A program made the translations under genes and the position numbers. This document shows positions 6,806 through 12,165 of a stretch of DNA of 12,165 nt, one piece after another. Within the stretch, counting starts at the first letter, position 1; the number at the start of each line of letters is the position of its first letter. The stretch comes from Candidatus Omnitrophota bacterium (lineage in GTDB: Bacteria > Omnitrophota > Gorgyraeia > JABMRG01 > JAFGKX01). The notes beneath the pieces are model-generated. The model was not told the origin of the DNA, ran no database searches, and was given only the letters and a program-made list of their open reading frames with translations. The stretch covers positions 245,200 to 257,364 of the forward strand of contig CP070655.1 of the NCBI GenBank assembly GCA_020354945.1, read 5' to 3'.

Positions 6806-8241
6806 AAAAAGCGCCGGATTCATGCGGCGTCTATTTAATTAAAAATGCAGACGGAGATATCATCTATGTAGGTAAGGCCGTCTCTGTTAAGAAGAGATTA
6901 AGGTCTCATTTTAGGCGGCCTGTATCGGCTAAACAACAGGCGATGGTGGAGTCTGCACATGACATAGATTATATACCTGCTTCGTCTGCTGAAACAGCGC
7001 TTTTGTTAGAAGCAGCATTGGTAAAAAGATACTCGCCAAAGTATAATGCCGCCCTAAAAGATGATAAGGCTTATCCTGTGCTTAAGCTTACAATACATGA
7101 GGATTTTCCTCGCTTGTTTATAACCAGAAGGAAAATTGCCGACGGCTCTCTATATTTTGGCCCTTATACTAATGCCAAATTGTTAAGAAAGGCATTGAAA
7201 CTTATGGGTAGATTATTCCCTTTACGTAGCTGCAGAATTATACCTGGCAAACCCTGCCTGGATTTCTACATAGGAGGATGCCTGGCGCCGTGTATAGGGA
7301 AAATAACAAGGCAAGATTATAAAAGAATAGTTGAAAATGTAATTTTATTCTTAGAAGGAGAATCAGAACAATTAAAAAAATCGCTCGTAGAAGACATGAA
7401 TAAGGCATCATCCGAAGGCAACTTTGAACTCGCAGCTTATATAAGAGACCAGATAAAAGCTATATCTTCCGTAACTGGCGCTGAAGCAGAGATGCCGGCT
7501 CAAAAAACAACAGGATATGCAGGCAGGCGCCTTTTTAGGATATCGACACAATTAGAAGATTTACGCCGTAGGTTAAATTTGTCAAAGCCGCCTTTCGTTA
7601 TTGAGGCTTTCGACGTATCTAATATAGCCGGCAAAGAAGCAGTGGGCTCTATGGTAGTTTTTAAAAACGGAAGGCCGTTTAAAGACGACTATAGAAAGTT
7701 TAAGATAAAAACAGTCAGGGGAATAAATGATTATAGCATGATAAGAGAAATAGTAAACCGAAGATACAGCCGTTTGCTCAAAGAAAGAGCAACCCTGCCC
7801 GATTTGATATTAATAGATGGAGGAAAGGGCCACTTATTAAGCGCAAAAAAACAATTACGAAAATTAGGAATATGGCAGGTACCTGTTATAGGGATAGCCA
7901 AAAGTTTTGAATTGATATATACCCACGAAGAGGACGAACCCCTTGGGTTAGACCCATCATCGCCGGCCTCATTATTAATTCAGAGGATAAGAGATGAAGC
8001 CCATCGCTTCGCAATAAGTTATCACAGATTGTTAAGGAGAAAGAAGGTATCTTTATCTGAACTGGATGATATCCATGGCATAGGTTCAGTGAAAAAAAGG
8101 TTGCTCGTTGAGTATTTTGGCTCAGTAGATGAAATAAAAATGGCGGAGATAGATGATTTAACCAGAGTTAAATATATAGATGAAAAACAGGCCAGAAAAA
8201 TATACGATTACTTTAACCGAGTTTCAAAACAGGGTATATAA
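6784..8241 (+). CDS. uvrC: Excinuclease ABC subunit C (compact, 485 aa)
   Basis: GIY-YIG (GVYL...IIYVGKA), YN..LKDDK.YP, FGPY, Cys cluster, UVR motif (FELAAYIRDQI), RNase H-like IEAFDVSN / LIDGGKGH / RDEAHRFAI, and HhH GIG motif. Confidence 0.97.
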   Translation: MDIKEKIKKAPDSCGVYLIKNADGDIIYVGKAVSVKKRLRSHFRRPVSAKQQAMVESAHDIDYIPASSAETALLLEAALVKRYSPKYNAALKDDKAYPVLKLTIHEDFPRLFITRRKIADGSLYFGPYTNAKLLRKALKLMGRLFPLRSCRIIPGKPCLDFYIGGCLAPCIGKITRQDYKRIVENVILFLEGESEQLKKSLVEDMNKASSEGNFELAAYIRDQIKAISSVTGAEAEMPAQKTTGYAGRRLFRISTQLEDLRRRLNLSKPPFVIEAFDVSNIAGKEAVGSMVVFKNGRPFKDDYRKFKIKTVRGINDYSMIREIVNRRYSRLLKERATLPDLILIDGGKGHLLSAKKQLRKLGIWQVPVIGIAKSFELIYTHEEDEPLGLDPSSPASLLIQRIRDEAHRFAISYHRLLRRKKVSLSELDDIHGIGSVKKRLLVEYFGSVDEIKMAEIDDLTRVKYIDEKQARKIYDYFNRVSKQGI

Positions 8242-8536
8242 AGAAGTTTCGAAAATCCCCAAAGGCAAGGTTCGCAGTTATAAATATATAGCTTGCAAAA
8301 TAGAAAAGCCCAATGCTTGGAGGGCTGTAGCGAATGCGCTGAAGAAGAATCCCTTCATTGGCAAGGTTCCCTGCCACCGGGTGATAAAATCCGATGGCGC
8401 CATCGGCGGATTTTCCAGAGGGGTTAATGCGAAGAAAAAATTGCTAAGGGCAGAAGGATTGACTATTAAAGGTAATGCTGTTATAATAAATGGGGACGCT
8501 TTCCAAGGTGCCAGTCTCCAGCATAAAAAGTGGTAA
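8180..8536 (+). CDS. Single-domain O6-alkylguanine-DNA alkyltransferase (MGMT/Ogt family, catalytic Cys present)
   Basis: TEFQ..V...IPKGKV.SY..IA, RAVANAL..NP, active-site PCHRV and 'K..LLRAEG'. There is no N-terminal domain. The start is uncertain (62-nt overlap with uvrC), and the last 14 codons come from the repeat element. Confidence 0.9.
   Translation: MKNRPEKYTITLTEFQNRVYKEVSKIPKGKVRSYKYIACKIEKPNAWRAVANALKKNPFIGKVPCHRVIKSDGAIGGFSRGVNAKKKLLRAEGLTIKGNAVIINGDAFQGASLQHKKW
8459..8487 (+). promoter_or_regulatory. Near-consensus sigma70 promoter for prfB-secA, inside the alkyltransferase CDS
   Basis: TTGACT (8459-8464), 17 nt, TATAAT (8482-8487), with TG at 8479-8480. Confidence 0.8.
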
Positions 8537-8638
8537 GTTTGGCATAATTTAAGATGGCAAATTGGAATTTTAATATAAAAATCGGCAAAACTCGGACATT
8601 TTTGCGCTGGAGACTGGCACCTTGGAAAGCGTCCCCAT
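8490..8638. mobile_element. Non-autonomous MITE/REPIN-like element with perfect 33-bp terminal inverted repeats
   Basis: atggggacgctttccaaggtgccagtctccagc (8490-8522) is the exact reverse complement of 8606-8638. Pairing extends inward to 40 bp with 2 mismatches, around an AT-rich spacer with no transposase. The repeat is directly seen; mobility is inferred. Confidence 0.7.
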
Positions 8639-8650
8639 AAGGCGGAGAAA

Positions 8651-9743
8651 ATGATACAAGAATTTAGAAAACAATTAAAGGATATAGCAGAAAGGATAAA
8701 ACATCTAAGGGGGTATCTTTGACGTAGATAAGAGTCTAAGTGAAATAGCCGAGATAGAACAAGCCATGTCCCAGCCCGGTTTTTGGGCTGATACCCAGAA
8801 GGCAAACCAGATTGTTTTCCGGTTAAAAAAGCTAAAAGCCATAACAGCTCCCTTCCATGATTGCGCCAATCAGCACAAAGAGTTATCAGAATTAGTAGAA
8901 GTTCTTGATGAGAAAGATGAAATATCCTGCGCCCATATTAAAAATGAAATAGCGTCTTTAAAATCAAAAGTAGAATCTCTTGAATTTAGGAGTATGCTCA
9001 GCGGCGAAAATGACAAAAGCAACGCCATATTGAGCATAAACGCAGGCGCAGGAGGAACCGAATCCTGCGATTGGGCAAACATGCTGCTTCGCATGTATGC
9101 CCATTGGGCCCAAAGAAAGGATTATAACGTGCAACAGGTCGATATATTAGCCGGCGATGAGGCAGGAATAAAAAATGTTACAATCATCATCAAAGGAGAC
9201 TGGGCTTATGGTTATCTTAAGGCAGAAAGTGGAGTACATAGATTGGTAAGGATATCTCCTTTTGACGCTAATAAAAGGCGGCATACATCGTTTGCATCGG
9301 TAGATGTTATTCCTGAGGTTACTGATGAAATAAAGGTAGATATACAGGATAAAGATTTAAGGATTGATACATATCGTTCAACCGGCGCTGGCGGACAGCA
9401 TGTAAATGTAACAGATTCAGCAGTGCGAATAACACATATTCCCACGAATATTGTTGTCCAATGTCAGAATGAACGCTCACAGATGCAAAATAAAAAGACT
9501 GCCACGAAGATATTACGAGCTCGTTTATACGAAAGAAAACAAGAGGAATTAAAAAAGAAATTAGAAGCAGAATACGCCCAAAAAAAAGCCATAGAATGGG
9601 GTAGTCAGATACGCTCGTATGTATTCCACCCTTATAATATGGTAAAAGACCATAGAACCGGCATAGAAACCTCTAATACAAAAGCAGTGATGGACGGAGA
9701 TATTGATAAGTTTATTGAGGCGTATCTGAAGATGAAGAGATAA
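8651..9743 (+). CDS. prfB: Peptide chain release factor 2, translated via +1 programmed frameshift (join 8651..8719, 8721..9743; 363 aa)
   Basis: ATG 8651 with GGAG RBS, 23 codons, then CTT TGA C. The +1 frame (GAC GTA GAT...) is continuous with ORF 8766-9743, which carries the SPF anticodon-mimic (RISPF) and GGQ. Confidence 0.98.
8708..8723 (+). promoter_or_regulatory. RF2 autoregulatory +1 frameshift cassette
   Basis: AGGGGG-TAT-CTT-TGA-C is the canonical internal SD, slippery Leu codon and weak UGA-C stop. Confidence 0.97.
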
Positions 9744-9750
9744 AGAAGGA

Positions 9751-9775
9751 TAGGAACGTTTCTGAAACGTCCCTA
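9751..9775. repeat. 25-bp palindrome between prfB and secA
   Basis: tagg-a-acgtttc-t-gaaacgt-c-ccta: 11 of 12 arm positions pair, centred on 9763. It is related to the 1570-1628 element. Confidence 0.75.
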
Positions 9776-9782
9776 ACCGACG

Positions 9783-12165
9783 ATGTATAAATGGATATTA
9801 AACAAAATAATGGGTTCGCGTAATGAAAGAGAGCTTAAAAAGCTGCAGCCCATATTGGATAAGGTAAATGCTCTTGAGGAATCGGTGTCTAAACTTACCG
9901 ATGAGCAGCTTAAAGAAAAGACCCAATTTTTTAAAAGCCACTTGAAGCAAAAGCAGGACTTTATCAAAGAAAGGGAAGCTGAGCTGAAAGAAAGAATATA
10001 CGATGCTACATCTCAGCAGGAAAAGGATAAACTTAAAACTGCCTTAAAAATTTTAAGAAACAGCCTCTTTGATGAAATTTTGCCTTCCGCATTTGCCGTT
10101 GTGCGCGAGGCAGCTAAACGAACCATAAATATGCGCCATTTTGATGTTCAGATTATAGGCGGAGTTGTTTTGCATGAAGGAAAGATTGCAGAGATGGCAA
10201 CCGGCGAAGGGAAAACCCTGGTTGCTACATTGTCTGCCTATCTTAATGCGTTATTAGGTCATGGCGTCCATATTGTGACAGTAAATGACTATTTAGCCAA
10301 AAGGGATACAGAGTGGATGGGGCCCATTTATAAATTTTTGGGTCTTTCTGTAGGCACAATATTGCATGATATATCAGCACAGGAAAGAAAGGCTGCTTAT
10401 GCCTGCGATATTACCTATGGGACCAATAATGAATTCGGATTTGATTATTTAAGAGATAATATGGTGATAAATAAAAATGATATGGTTCAAAGTGGACATT
10501 TCTTTGCTATAGTGGATGAGGTGGATAGTATACTAATTGACGAAGCCAGGACCCCTCTAATAATATCCGGTCCAAGCGAAGAATCAACCGATAAATATTA
10601 TAAGGTTGATAAAATAATTCCCCGTCTAAAAGAAGGCGCGCGCGACGAGAAGACCAAAGAAGAGACAGGAGATTATATTATTGATGAAAAAGCACGTACC
10701 ACCTATTTAACAGAACAGGGCGAGTTAAAAGTTACACAGCTGCTTGGATTAAAGGATATGCATACCTTTGAATCTATGGAGAACAAACACCACGCAATTC
10801 AGGCCTTGCGTGCGCATAAGAACTTTAAAAGGGATGAGGATTATATTATTAAAGATGGAAAGGTAGTAATTGTAGATGAATTTACAGGCAGGCTTATGCC
10901 GGGACGCCGCTGGAGCGACGGCTTACACCAGGCAATAGAGGCAAAAGAGGCAGTGAGGATAGAAAGAGAAAATCAGACCCTGGCTACTATTACTTTTCAA
11001 AATTACTTCAGGATGTATGATAAATTGGCCGGAATGACGGGAACTGCAGCCACAGAGGCGGAAGAATTTGATAAGATTTATAAATTGGATGTAATCTCAA
11101 TACCCACCAACAAAACTCTTATAAGGACCGGATACCCCGACGTTGTGTATAAGACAGAAAAAGAAAAATTTAATGCTATTACAAAAGAGATTGAGCAGCT
11201 TTATAAACAAAGACGGCCTGTTTTGGTGGGCACCATTACTGTAGATAAATCTGAAAGATTAAGCGAGCTTTTAAAACGAAAACAAATCCCGCACAATGTC
11301 CTGAATGCAAAATACCATGAGTATGAGGCGCATATAGTTGCTCAAGCAGGCAAATCCGGAACAGTTACTATTGCCACCAATATGGCAGGCCGCGGAACGG
11401 ATATTGTATTAGGCGGCAACCCGGAATTTCAAGCTAAAGATGCCATTATGAAGTTAGAAGCAGGGAAAAAGGCCGTAAGCGAAGATGGGAAAGGTGAAAT
11501 ATTGCAGCAGGCGAAAAGCAAGGCAGCAGAGGATCACAGGAAAGTAGTAGATTTAGGAGGCCTTCATATAATCGGAACAGAGCGCCATGAAGCAAGACGC
11601 ATAGATAATCAGCTCCGCGGGCGTTCAGGCAGACAGGGAGACCCAGGCTCAAGCAGATTTTATGTTTCTTTAGGAGATGACCTGATGCGTATTTTTGGCT
11701 CAGATAGAGTTACTCGCATTGTGGATTTCTTTAAATTGGAAGAAGGCATACCTATTGCCGAACATCCCATTGTAGCCAAAAGTATAGAGACAGCTCAGAG
11801 GCGGGTTGAGATGCACAATTTTTCAATAAGAAAACAGGTCCTTGAATTTGACAATGTTATGAATAAACAAAGAGAGGTTATCTACGATGAAAGAATGGCA
11901 ATATTAGAAAGCGAAGGCCTGAAAGAGCATGTGGTTGATATGATAGAGGCGCTGATCATTTCAGCATTGCAGACACATTGCCAAAATTAAAATATACCTT
12001 AAGAATGGTATTTATCAGGTTTGGTCAGCTGGCTCAGAATGAAATTTATGATAAGCTTCAATGCAGAAGAACTGGCAAAATTTTCCTATGATGAATTAAA
12101 ATATTTCCTGTTTGAAAAAATCAAATCACATTACAATGCCAAAGAAGAAAGGATTGGTTCTGAGA
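9783..12165 (+). CDS. secA: Preprotein translocase ATPase SecA (3'-truncated by the window; in-frame TAA at 11988-11990 and 12000-12002, probably sequence errors)
   Basis: EMATGEGKT Walker [41 protein letters not shown] and [18 protein letters not shown]. SecA-like sequence continues in the same frame past the stops (EWYLSGL...[11 protein letters not shown]) to the window end. Confidence 0.95.

Noticed and set aside
8491-8637. tRNA/tmRNA-like ends (GGGGAC...GTCCCCA)
   Set aside because: There is no T-loop (GTTCRA), D-arm or tag ORF. The pairing is one continuous 33-bp stem.
8278-8805. 175-aa minus-strand ORF
   Set aside because: It is antisense to the alkyltransferase, the repeat element and prfB, with no recognisable motif and no transposase features.
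727-11652. Other short alternative-frame or antisense ORFs (727-924, 2686-2928, 2732-2920, 2981-3187, 4055-4414, 4454-4690, 4966-5211, 5191-5520, 5965-6282, 8870-9094, 9212-9445, 9773-9967, 11446-11652)
   Set aside because: All are largely or wholly shadowed by well-supported conserved genes and lack recognisable domains.
11988-12002. Stop-codon reassignment (TAA read as Glu) or true secA pseudogene
   Set aside because: TAA terminates comEC, PilZ, lptE, uvrC and prfB normally. A neighbouring sense change (WDL to WYL) has the same G>T signature, which points to sequence error.

Overview
AT-rich housekeeping region of a diderm bacterium (bamD and lptE are present). A PVC-group/Omnitrophota-like origin is only my impression from protein style and is not established. 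Gene order: 5'-truncated comEC > PilZ-domain gene > bamD > lptE > holA >< rpsT <> murJ > uvrC > single-domain O6-alkylguanine alkyltransferase > prfB (canonical +1 programmed frameshift, missed by the ORF track) > secA (runs off the window; two in-frame TAA near the end look like G>T errors). The unusual layer is non-coding. At least seven short palindromic or inverted-repeat elements sit at gene ends, between RBS and start codon, or in frame inside genes. The clearest is a ~149-bp element with perfect 33-bp terminal inverted repeats that supplies the alkyltransferase C-terminus and would form nearly the whole prfB 5' leader. Four near-consensus sigma70 promoters, all with a 17-nt spacer and extended -10 TG, can be read directly. 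No transposase, CRISPR array, tRNA or rRNA was seen.
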